Shown: positions 53,894 through 64,000 of the stretch, piece by piece
Layout: every line of letters starts with the position of its first letter
Position numbering within the stretch: the stretch's first letter is position 1
From: Octopus vulgaris
Lineage: Eukaryota
Length of the DNA: 64,000 bases
Reading direction: 5' to 3'
Assembly: GCA_951406725.2 (NCBI GenBank)
Contig: OX597814.1
Location: 106,144,001 to 106,208,000 of the forward strand
Notes under the pieces: generated by a model
What the model saw: the letters and a program-made list of their open reading frames with translations, nothing else
What the model was told of the DNA's origin: nothing
Databases searched by the model: none
Position numbers and translations under genes: made by a program

Positions 53894-54380
53894 TATATAT
53901 ATATGTATATATATATATATACGTATATATATATATGTATATACGTATGTCTATATATATATGAATATATATATATATATATATGTATATGTAAATTGAA
54001 TCTTTATATATATGCGTGTGTGTGTGTGTCTGCGCGCGTGTGTGTATGTTTACGTAAATTTAATGTGTATATATGTATATGTAAGTGGGTGAGTATAAAA
54101 ACAACGTGTTTATATACGTTTCTCCTGATGCATGCGTGAGTGGTTTTACATATGTAAGCAAATATTTTCTTATATACAGGGCCAACTACATCAATGTGCA
54201 TGTCAGCTTTGTTTTAGGAAACCAATTAAGTATGTAAATGTCATTTAAATAAATAACTGCACACACATGTATGTGTGTGCATGTCTGTGTGTGTGTGTGT
54301 GTGTGTCTATATACAGTGGTATGCGTATGTTAGTGATGATATATTTGTCTGTTTGGCTCGTTCTATGTGTAGCTATATTC

Positions 54381-54471
<91 letters not shown>

Positions 54472-54658
54472 TGTGTCTGTGTGTGTGTCTGTGTATGTGT
54501 TAATGTTACCTAACAAAACAATTTTTACTAAAGATTTCTCAAAATGTTTATGTTGTTAACGTCTGTCGCTAGTGAATTACTATCGGAATTTCATACTAGG
54601 TGTCCACATCGTGGATTTATGAAAGAAATAAAAATTCCATTGTATTAATTTTCACATG

Positions 54659-54660
<2 letters not shown>

Positions 54661-54743
<83 letters not shown>

Positions 54744-54884
54744 TGATAGATAGATTGATTGATTGATTGATTAGATAGATAGATGGATAGATGGATGGAT
54801 GGATGGATAGTTAGATAGATAGATATACAGATAGATAGATGGATAGATGGATAGATGGATAGACAGATAGATAGACAGACATAC

Positions 54885-54957
<73 letters not shown>
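54661..54957. repeat. (GATA)n/(GGAT)n microsatellite
   Basis: Seen directly. Confidence 0.97.
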
Positions 54958-54958
<1 letters not shown>

Positions 54959-55223
54959 GCAGGCAGGCAGAATAACTGAGAGAGAAAGTGGGAGATGAGG
55001 ATGAAGGGAGGGAGATGAAATGTGTGTTTAAGCATTTGAATTGAGTGATGTTTACATTACACCAATGCAGTTTATGTTGGAGTGGAAAGGGCAAAGGATC
55101 TTTGATACACATTCATGACTACACCGTTAGATATACACATATATATATATATACATTCAGAGAAACATACACATTAGTTTGCTTATTGTGTGTGTGTGTG
55201 AAAGAGAGAGAGAGAGAGAGTTT

Positions 55224-55291
<68 letters not shown>

Positions 55292-55292
55292 T

Positions 55293-55348
<56 letters not shown>

Positions 55349-55874
55349 CATATGTATTTCTATGTCTAAATATGTCACTGCATATGTTTGTTGCAAATGA
55401 GTCTGAGACTGGTTTGATAGTTAACGTAATTTATGGAAGTCGCGGGAGGGTTTTAGCGTTGATTAAAATGACACAAATGTGATATTTGGTTCAACAAAGA
55501 TCAACACCAATACCGCGTTTGGTTCGACACAGATCGTAGAATCAAAATATTGGAAGTCATTCAGTTCGCTTCGTCTACGATCTTTATCTCTAAACCGATT
55601 CCGATATCGATTTCAGACATCAACACGTCTGTAATAAAAGTACACTTCATTAGATCGATCCGAGTTCGTGTTGTGCTTTTTTTTTTATTTTTCATCGTCG
55701 CTTTATGAAAGACAGTATTCACCTCCGCTAGAATTTATAATAGAAAGTTAAGAAGAACCGTTCAGAAATTATGTATTACGTAACGTAGATTTCTGATGAC
55801 CTATTGACACTATTATACTACTCTCTCTTACCCCCTCTCACTCTCTCTTTCCACACACACACACATACACGCAT

Positions 55875-55913
<39 letters not shown>

Positions 55914-57499
55914 TGTTTCTTTATTAGCCACACAGGGCTGCACACAGATAGAACAAATTACAAGGTAGAGCTTTTCTTTTGAAGGTTTAAAAAATAAAAA
56001 AAAAAATAAATAAATAAATAAAAAAAAAATTAAAAAATAATAATAAAAAATAAAATGAAAATAAAATAAAAAAGGGGGGTCGATCAAAAGGGATCGTAAA
56101 AGGAGAGAAAGAGGACAAAAAAAAGAAAGGGGGGTAAAAAAAAAAGGGGGAGAGGAAAAAAATTGATCAATAGGGATCGTTATCACAGAAATGTCAATAT
56201 GAAGTGTAAAGAGGAGGACAGGTGAGGTTTACCCGTGGAAAGAAAAGCCTACGGAAAAGACCACGGTAACCTCGGTCAATGAAGTCACATGTTATATTTC
56301 TTTATTTTTTTTTTTTTTTGCAAATAAGCAACTCTCTGTATTAATTTTTACGGTTCATAGAATCATAGTCAAGGTGGCTTCGTCATTCATACGTGCCATC
56401 CTTGCTACATTCACCCATCTTTTTTTAAAACATTCACTAGACAAAACTTGCCTCTCTACTCTCACTTTTTTCTTCAAGTGATACTTGAAGAAGTTGATGA
56501 GAGATTGACCAGAGAGGAAAGTGTTTGTCTCTAATCCTTTCAGACGCGTCCACCAGATACATTCTTTCGCCATAGCCACAAGTATGATAAAAATAGCTCT
56601 TCCTTCCCGTTTGAAGGAAGGAGGCGTGACGATATTAACGATAGACTCGGCTGATAAACCGACACGTCCCACACGTGACAGCAGTCGTTCGACATAAGCC
56701 CACAGGTGGGAAATTGCTGGACACTGCACGATTGCGTGCAGAGCGGTTTCGTCGCTCTGCCCGCATCTCGGGCAGGTCGGCCCCGTGTTTCTCGAGCCAT
56801 GCCTATAGAGCTTATCCCGAACGGGTAGCGCTTCTCGGTAGCACCGCCAGGCCAGGGATTTCTGGAAGTTGTCCATAGGTCCCGGGCCGAAAGTCGTTTG
56901 AAACAGGCGGGTCAGGTATTCCTCGTCGACGCCCAGGTTTGCCCCGAGCTCGTCGTCGTACCTCCCCTCCACTAATCCCCTATAGAATGCTTTGGTTGTG
57001 TTGAAGTCACTCAAGGTCGACCCGGGACGGCAGAGTTGCTTGAGAGCAACGCGACACTCGCGGTGCCATTCGCCCTTCTTCGGCCTCTTTTTGATCCACG
57101 ACTGTAGTTCGGTCATGGAGACGAGTTGCGGGAATGCGTGCCTCACAAACGGCGACCACACCTGTTCACCGTCGTCTACATAGAGCCGGAGATGTCGCAG
57201 TCTCAGCGCGTGTCTGCGCATCATCAACCACGGCATGCCCAGCCCTCCTTTTAACGGGTGTTGACAGCAAATGGATCGCCTGACCATCGGGACGCATCCT
57301 TTCCACAAGAAGCGGAAGAGGATGCGTTCTAGTTTGGTGATGGTAGGGTCGGGACAAGGTACGACGGTCAGGCGGTAGTAGATGATGGACGCGATGTACG
57401 CGTTCACCACCTCCGCCCGACCTTTTAGGGACAGTTTCCTCTCGGCCCATTGCTGGGCGAGAGTGACCACCCTACTCGTTATCTCGTTCCAGTTCTTCT
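55914..57499 (-). mobile_element. Tx1-clade (L1 group) LINE, 5'-truncated copy A
   Basis: ORF2 C-terminus plus a ~440-bp 3' UTR ending gtgtggctAATAAAgaaaca, joined directly to (TATC)n. Confidence 0.92.
56355..57499 (-). CDS. Tx1 ORF2 C-terminal part (post-RT region and CCHC zf-RVT); open but 5' truncated
   Basis: W..RKLSLKGRAEVVN...YYRL, LFRFLWKG, P.KGGLGMP, AWRCYREALPVRDKL and [18 protein letters not shown] are L1/Tx1 ORF2 hallmarks. Confidence 0.9.
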
Positions 57500-57503
57500 A
57501 GAC

Positions 57504-57553
<50 letters not shown>

Positions 57554-57554
57554 G

Positions 57555-57640
<86 letters not shown>

Positions 57641-58741
57641 TGTTTCTTTATTAGCCACACAGGGCTGCACACAGATAGAACAAATTACAAGGTAGAGCTT
57701 TTCTTTTGAAGGTTTAAAAAAAAAAAAAAAAAAAAAGGAAGGGGGAGTTTCGATCAAAAGGGATCGTAAAAGGAGAGAAAGGGGACAAAAAAAGGGGGGG
57801 TTAAAAAAAAAGGGGGGAGGAAAAAAATTGATCAATAGGGATCGTTATCACAGAAATGTCAATATGAAGTGTAAAGGGGAGGACAGGTGAGGTTTACCCG
57901 TGGAAAGAAAAGCCTACGGAAAAGACCACGGTAACCTCGGTCAATGAAGTCACATTTTATATTTCTTTCTTTTTTTTTTTTTTTTTTTGCAAATAAGCAA
58001 CTCTCTGTTTTCGATTTCTGGGTTCATAGGACTATGCTCAAGGTGGCTTCGTCATTCATACGTGCCATTCTTGCTACATTCACCCATCTTTTTTTAAAAC
58101 ATTCGCTAGACAAAACTTGCCTCTCTACTCTCACTTTCCTTTTCAAGTGGTACTTGAAGAAGTTGATGAGAGATTGACCAGAGAGGAAAGTGTTTGTCTC
58201 CAATCCTTTCAGACGCGTCCACCAGATACATTCTTTCGCCATAGCCACAAGGATGATGAAAATAGCTCTTCCTTCCCGTTTGAAGGAAGGAGGCGTGACA
58301 ATATTGACGATAGACTCAGTTGATAAACCGACTCGTCCCACACGTGACAGCAGTTGTTCGACACAAGCCCACAGGTCGGAAATTGTTGGACACTGAACGA
58401 GTGCGTGCAGAACGGTTTCGTCGCTCTGACCGCATCTCGGGCAGGTCGGCCCCGTGTTTCTCGAGCCGTGTCTGTAGAGCTTATCCCGAACGGGTAGCGC
58501 TTCTCGGTAGCACTGCCAGGCCAGGGATCTCTGGAAGTTGTCCATGGGCCCTGGCCCGAAAGTCGTCCTGAACAGGCGGGTCAGGTACTCCTCGTCGACG
58601 TCCAGGTTCGCCCCGAGCTCGTCGTCGTACCTCCCCTCCACTAAACCCCTATAGAATGCTTTGGTTGTGTTGAAGTCACTTAAGGTCGACCCAGGACGGC
58701 AGAGTTGCTTGAGAGCAACGCGACACTCGCGGTGCCATTCG
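57641..58741 (-). mobile_element. Tx1 LINE, 5'-truncated copy B (close relative of copy A)
   Basis: ORF 58024-58641 is highly similar to copy A; same 3' UTR and terminus; flanked by (GATA)n and (AGGT)n(AGAT)n. Confidence 0.92.
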
Positions 58742-58780
58742 AGGTAGGTAGGTAGGTAGGTAGGTAGGTAGGTAGGTAGG

Positions 58781-58837
<57 letters not shown>

Positions 58838-58838
58838 C

Positions 58839-58898
<60 letters not shown>

Positions 58899-58899
<1 letters not shown>

Positions 58900-59707
58900 G
58901 TTTCTTTATTAGCCACACAGGGCCGAACAAAGAGGGGGCAAAAATACGATATAGAGCTTTTCTTTTCGAAAATATAAAAAAGGAGAAAAATAAAATTCCA
59001 ATCAAGAGGAATCGTGTATCATAGAAAAATTTTTAAAGTCTAAAAAGTAAGATTAGATTTATCCGTGGAAAGAAAAGCCTACGGAAAAGACCACGGTAAC
59101 TTCAGGCAGGGCAGGGAGGGAATAAACACATTAGAGCAAAGTGCCCCCCCCCCCCACTCTCTCTCTTCGATTTACCAGATCTTGCTCAAAGTGGTTTCGT
59201 CACTCGCACGCACCATCTTTGCTACATCCACCCACCTTTTTTTGAAACTTTCACGAGACAAAACCTGCATCTCCATTCTCAACTTTCTTCTCAAGTGGTA
59301 CTTGAAAAATTTGGTGAGTAATTGGCCAGAGAGGTAAGTGTTTGTCCCCAATCCTTTCGCTCGAGTCCGCCACACACATTTTTTCACCATGGCCACCAGT
59401 ACGAAGAAGACTGCCTTGCTTTCCCGGCTGAAGGCAGGAGGCGGAGCAATCCAGATGACAGACTTGGCCGACAAGCGGACTCGTCCCACACGTGACAGCA
59501 GCCGTTCACAGGTCTGAAATGGTTGGACACTGCACGAGTGCGAAGAGAACGGATTCGTCGCTCTGACCGCATCTCGGGCAAGTCGGTCCGGTGTGTCTCG
59601 AACCGTGCCTGTAGAGCTTATCCTGAACAAGTAATGCTTCTCGATAGCACTGCCAGGCCAGGTATCTTTGGTGATTGTCCAGAGGTCCCGGCTCGAAAAT
59701 TGTCCTC
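58899..59707 (-). mobile_element. Tx1 LINE, 5'-truncated copy C (diverged subfamily, frameshifted)
   Basis: [22 protein letters not shown] and ERLLSRVGRVRLSAKS...FKKRWVDVAKMVR in different frames; same terminal ggctaataaagaaac; (GATA)n on both sides. Confidence 0.88.
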
Positions 59708-59795
<88 letters not shown>

Positions 59796-59841
59796 AAGAC
59801 AGACAGACAGACAGAGACAGACAGACAGACAGATAGATAGG

Positions 59842-59900
<59 letters not shown>

Positions 59901-59944
59901 AGAGAGAGACAAACAGGTAGAAATACAGACAGACAGACAGAAAT

Positions 59945-59981
<37 letters not shown>

Positions 59982-59984
59982 TAA

Positions 59985-60058
<74 letters not shown>

Positions 60059-60259
60059 GTAAATGTACATACGGAGGTAAGCATATGTTATTTCTAATAT
60101 ACGTCCGTTTGTCTAGTTCTATCGTTTGTTTAGTTTTTAAGTTACTGAATTTTTAGGAAACTGTCTTAAGCGCACCAGAAATACTACTGGTTGACATTAC
60201 TCGACTAGCTAGAAAGAACAGCAGATCTCGCCCTCTTTCTTTCTCTTTCTCTCTCCCCC

Positions 60260-60298
<39 letters not shown>

Positions 60299-60574
60299 AT
60301 TATATACTCGCATCGCAGAAAGAAGGAAGAACAAACTGAAGAGCTAATTAGCTCATATACAACACCAAAAACAAAAAAAGAAAACAGTGCTGCCACGGTT
60401 GGAACGCTTTTGTCCATAGGCCTAATTAAGTGAACCTGCGCTCGGACTAAACACGAACAACAACAACATCTACTACTTCTCCAATTGTAATTCACTGACT
60501 TTCAGTCATTTATTTCAGTTGTTGCTTAGAAACGTATATTTTTACTGTGGTTGCGACCGTATGATGATATCTAC

Positions 60575-60680
60575 TTTTATGAGACCTACATGTGTGGTAT
60601 AATATGTATGACATCACATGTACGATTACCACATATATGATATTCACATGTATGATACCCACATGTATGATATCCGCATA
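60575..60680. repeat. Degenerate ~15-bp minisatellite (cacatgtatgatatc)
   Basis: Repeated acatgtatgat units seen directly. Confidence 0.65.
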
Positions 60681-60688
60681 CAACCTCT

Positions 60689-60920
60689 AAGGCGGCGAGC
60701 TGACACAAACGTTAGCGCGCCGGGCGAAATGCTTAGCGGTATTTCGTCTGTCTTTATGTTCTGAGTTCAAATTCCGCCGAGGTCGACTTTGCCTTTCATC
60801 CTTTCGGGGTCGATAAATAAAGTACCAGTTACGCACTGGGGTAGATGTTATCGACTTAATCCGTTTGTCTGTCCTTGTTTGTCCCCTCTATGTTTAGCCC
60901 CTTGTGGGCAATAAAAAAAT
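60689..60920 (+). mobile_element. Family A SINE with Tx1-like tail and a 19-bp TSD
   Basis: Full-length; tail ctatgtttagccccttgtgggcaataaaaaaat; TSD atatccgcatacaacctct (60670-60688) / atatccacatataacctct (60921-60939). Confidence 0.92.
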
Positions 60921-60974
60921 ATATCCACATATAACCTCTTGGTTCCCCTCCCTCTCTCAGCTGGGAGGTCCCTT

Positions 60975-61256
60975 GTCTTGCAAGCTCACGAGTACCGGTG
61001 CAACGTAAACAATAGCCGTGTTGGTGCCACACATAAAACACGAACACTGGTTTTGGCTCCACATAAAACGCATCCACTACACTCTGTGAAGTGGTTGGCA
61101 TTAGGAAGGGCATCCAGCCATAGAAGGTGAGCCAAAACAGACAATTGGAGTCTTGTGCAGCTCTACGGCTTTCCAGGTCCTATCAAACCGCCCAACCCAT
61201 ACCAGCGTGGAAAACGGACATTGAGCGATGATGATGATGATGATGATGATGATGAT
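60975..61256 (+). mobile_element. SINE 3' portion with a Nin-like domain and a (GAT)n tail
   Basis: ggttggcattaggaagggcatccagcc resembles the Nin/Inv SINE domain as I recall it; ends ccaacccataccagcgtggaaaacggacattgagc(gat)n. Confidence 0.6.
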
Positions 61257-63274
61257 ATTGTATAATATCAAGCTATTTGCTATTCACATGCTTGACATTG
61301 AAAAAAATTGCTGATGGCCAAGTCGTTGGCTTTCTTCAGTTGTGTGTATTTTCTACAAGAATTATACTCATGTAGCATGGAGACCAAGGCTTAGCTATGT
61401 AATTAAACAATTCGCTTTGCGACTATAAGGTTTCGGGTTCGGTTCTATTGCATGGCACATTGAATATCTCCTACTAAAACCTCGAGTCGAGGAAATTTCT
61501 GTAAAAGAAATTTGGCGAGCAAAATTTGTATGAAAGCTGATCGGAGGGACAGTGGCTGATTTTTTAAAGAGAATTAATACATTATCTTGTTCGATGTCCC
61601 TACCAGATCCTCGGACATCTTTACAGAAAATGACCAATTTGTGGTGAGCACACGACCATGTCTTCGGTTCGAGGATAACTGTCTCTCTTTCCCCACTAGG
61701 AACGGCTACCCTGATAAGTACCATGTGTACTGTTCATCCTTTCATTACTAAGTTATTATTAAAGAAGTTCTTAATCCTAACACTCCGTTGAAATTACCAT
61801 AATTCTGTTAATTCACTGGAGAATGGGGTTTTTATTGTAATCTGGTTCCTGAAAGTGATCCTTGGAAATTCTTGGAGTATTGTTTTAATGAAGCCTAAGG
61901 AATAATTTAATATTGCAGCTATTGTATGAGGTTGAAATTTTGAAAAAAGGCAGAAAAATTGCTGCGGTGAATACAAAGTTAATTTCTTATGAATTAGCAA
62001 TCACCTGATCAAAATTTCCGTTAATTCAACAAAAGACGTCGTACGTGTTGCAAATCAAAATTGTTTTTTATTTCCAAATAAATTAATCGCTTAATTGTTT
62101 ACTCTGCTGCAATAATTATAAATCTTCATTTCTGAATTTGGTTTGCAAGATTCTAGATGTGAACTCGTGGGACCCTTCCTAGATGTAACGAGATAATTAT
62201 AAATATTATTTCAATAACCAAGGTGTCTTAGTTTAACTTTTAGTCCTATGATTCTGTCGTTAATTTATCGCCAGTGAATCGACCTCTACATTAGCCATCT
62301 TGTCTATCCATCGCATATAACAATCTCTCCTTCATGGTGACACAAGGAGACGCAGATGGTGAGCTTGAACTCAAAGCCCATTCATCGGTCGTGTATCAAC
62401 TATATCACTTGGCCATTTCTCAAGTTTCCCCTTCTCTTAACCAGGATTCGTTGACCGAAATAATCACCTTGTTTAACAAGTACCTTTATAATCCAGAGGG
62501 AGGTCTAAGCCAAGTGCATTGACAAGAATATTTACCTGACATTATAGTTTTATCGGCACTTTAGGAACGAAAACCAAAAAGGAACTTGAACGGAATTGAA
62601 CCCGCTATACAGTAGGTTAAATATGAAATACTATCAGTTATAAAAAAGCACCATTATTTTAATCCTCCCTTGCTGAACATTTTATTTCAGTCCCATATAC
62701 ATATACACTACATTAACATATTATAGAATGAAAAAAAATGGAACAAATAAGAAAATCCCATTTGTATCCTATTCTTTTCTACTTGAGAGGAAATACCCGG
62801 GTAGATTCGGTAGATTCCATATCCACTTCCTGAGATAAAAACGAATTGGTGTACCTTTTGTTTTTGTTTGTTTTGTTTTTTTTTTGCTTGCTTTAAATCT
62901 TAATTTTCTTTTTCATATCTGAAATATGGAACCGTAGATGCTGTCATAATGGAATTTTGTAGCAGTTCATTGGATGATGCATCGCCGACAGATTGTAGGA
63001 AGGTGATGTATATTGGTGATAGCAGCAGGTTAAAAGGGCAGAATGAAGCGGAGCTGAAATTCAGATATTGGGTTTATCAGAAACCTTTAAGATTTGTTTT
63101 ATTTAATCTGTTTATGAATATTTAATGTTATCAATATTGCCTGATGATCGATTTACTTTATTTCTTGTCGTTCATCTAACAATTAATCTCAAAAGTTACC
63201 TGATTCATCATTATTTAAGAACACACCGCCACATCAAGAACACAACAATCACACACACAAGCGCGCACACATAA

Positions 63275-63306
<32 letters not shown>

Positions 63307-63549
63307 TACACAAGCGATTCCAAATACGTACCCATGTTTACTGTTGTAATAGCTGATCTCATTAAAAAAGATAAATAAAAAAAGGACGAGGTCTCAAGAA
63401 TAATGCTAAGAATGGAAACATTAGGAAAATCTGGATTGACGATTTCTTTACAAACACTAAGTTACATATTAGTATTAAACTGCTCAGTATTTTGTTTGTT
63501 GTAATGAAACATGCAATAGAGATAGATAGATAGATAGATAGATAGATAT

Positions 63550-63672
<123 letters not shown>

Positions 63673-63815
63673 GTGTATTTTTACCTTGTTAACAATTAAC
63701 ACGGAAATAAATAAATAGTTACCAGGATAGCAAAAATCTCATAAGTAAAGATGTTGTAACTCCTTGTTTATAAAGGTAGAAACTTCGTGTTTACGTGGAA
63801 TATTTTGAATAATAT

Positions 63816-63942
63816 ATAAATAAATGGAGTTTAACGCAGGTGTAAATCAAATATTTTTACTCTCGACACAGTGGAATTTTCGAAACATGTGTCGAAAGTA
63901 AAAATATTTGATTTACACCTGCGTTAAACTCCATTTATTTAT
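63816..63942. repeat. Near-perfect 55-bp-arm hairpin with a hammerhead 3'-half-like junction
   Basis: 63816-63870 vs 63888-63942 has one mismatch; the loop and arm junction read ttttcGAAACATGTGTCgaaag. Confidence 0.8.
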
Positions 63943-64000
63943 TCATGTCTAATTCCGAAATTTGTTGTATTCGGAATTCACTTAGATATTCCTTTGCCTG

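Noticed and set aside
55531-55800. Two short inverted repeats in CpG-richer unique DNA (possible pre-miRNA or promoter)
   Set aside because: Stems are only about 8-10 bp with poor internal pairing; no recognisable miRNA seed or promoter evidence.
60336-60360. CTGAAGA followed by a gagcta/tagctc hairpin
   Set aside because: No GAAA box or stem III follows, so it is not a hammerhead.

Overview
AT-rich, extremely microsatellite-dense animal genomic DNA, most likely an octopus/coleoid cephalopod (inferred from the tRNA-derived SINE types and (TA)n/(GATA)n/(TAA)n density; not verified). I find no convincing host protein-coding exon. Almost all listed ORFs are microsatellite translation artefacts. 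The window is a transposon graveyard containing: four SINE types; Penelope-like (PLE) RT and GIY-YIG remnants; RLE-type LINE fragments (HERO-like, R4/Dong-like); a CR1/L2-like ORF1+APE 5' half; an RTE 3' end with three C2H2 fingers; a mariner deletion derivative; a Tigger-like MITE; a non-autonomous Helitron; and three head-to-tail Tx1 LINE 3' ends sitting in (GATA)n. Most notable observations: (1) a tRNA-SINE subfamily and two short orphan inserts share a ~35-50 nt 3' terminus with the Tx1 LINE, suggesting a Tx1-driven SINE/LINE system; (2) the Tx1 copies appear to target (TATC)n; (3) about ten minimal hammerhead-ribozyme-like motifs from several unrelated repeat families, several of them inside fold-back hairpins; (4) a three-layer nested insertion whose removal restores a LINE reading frame.
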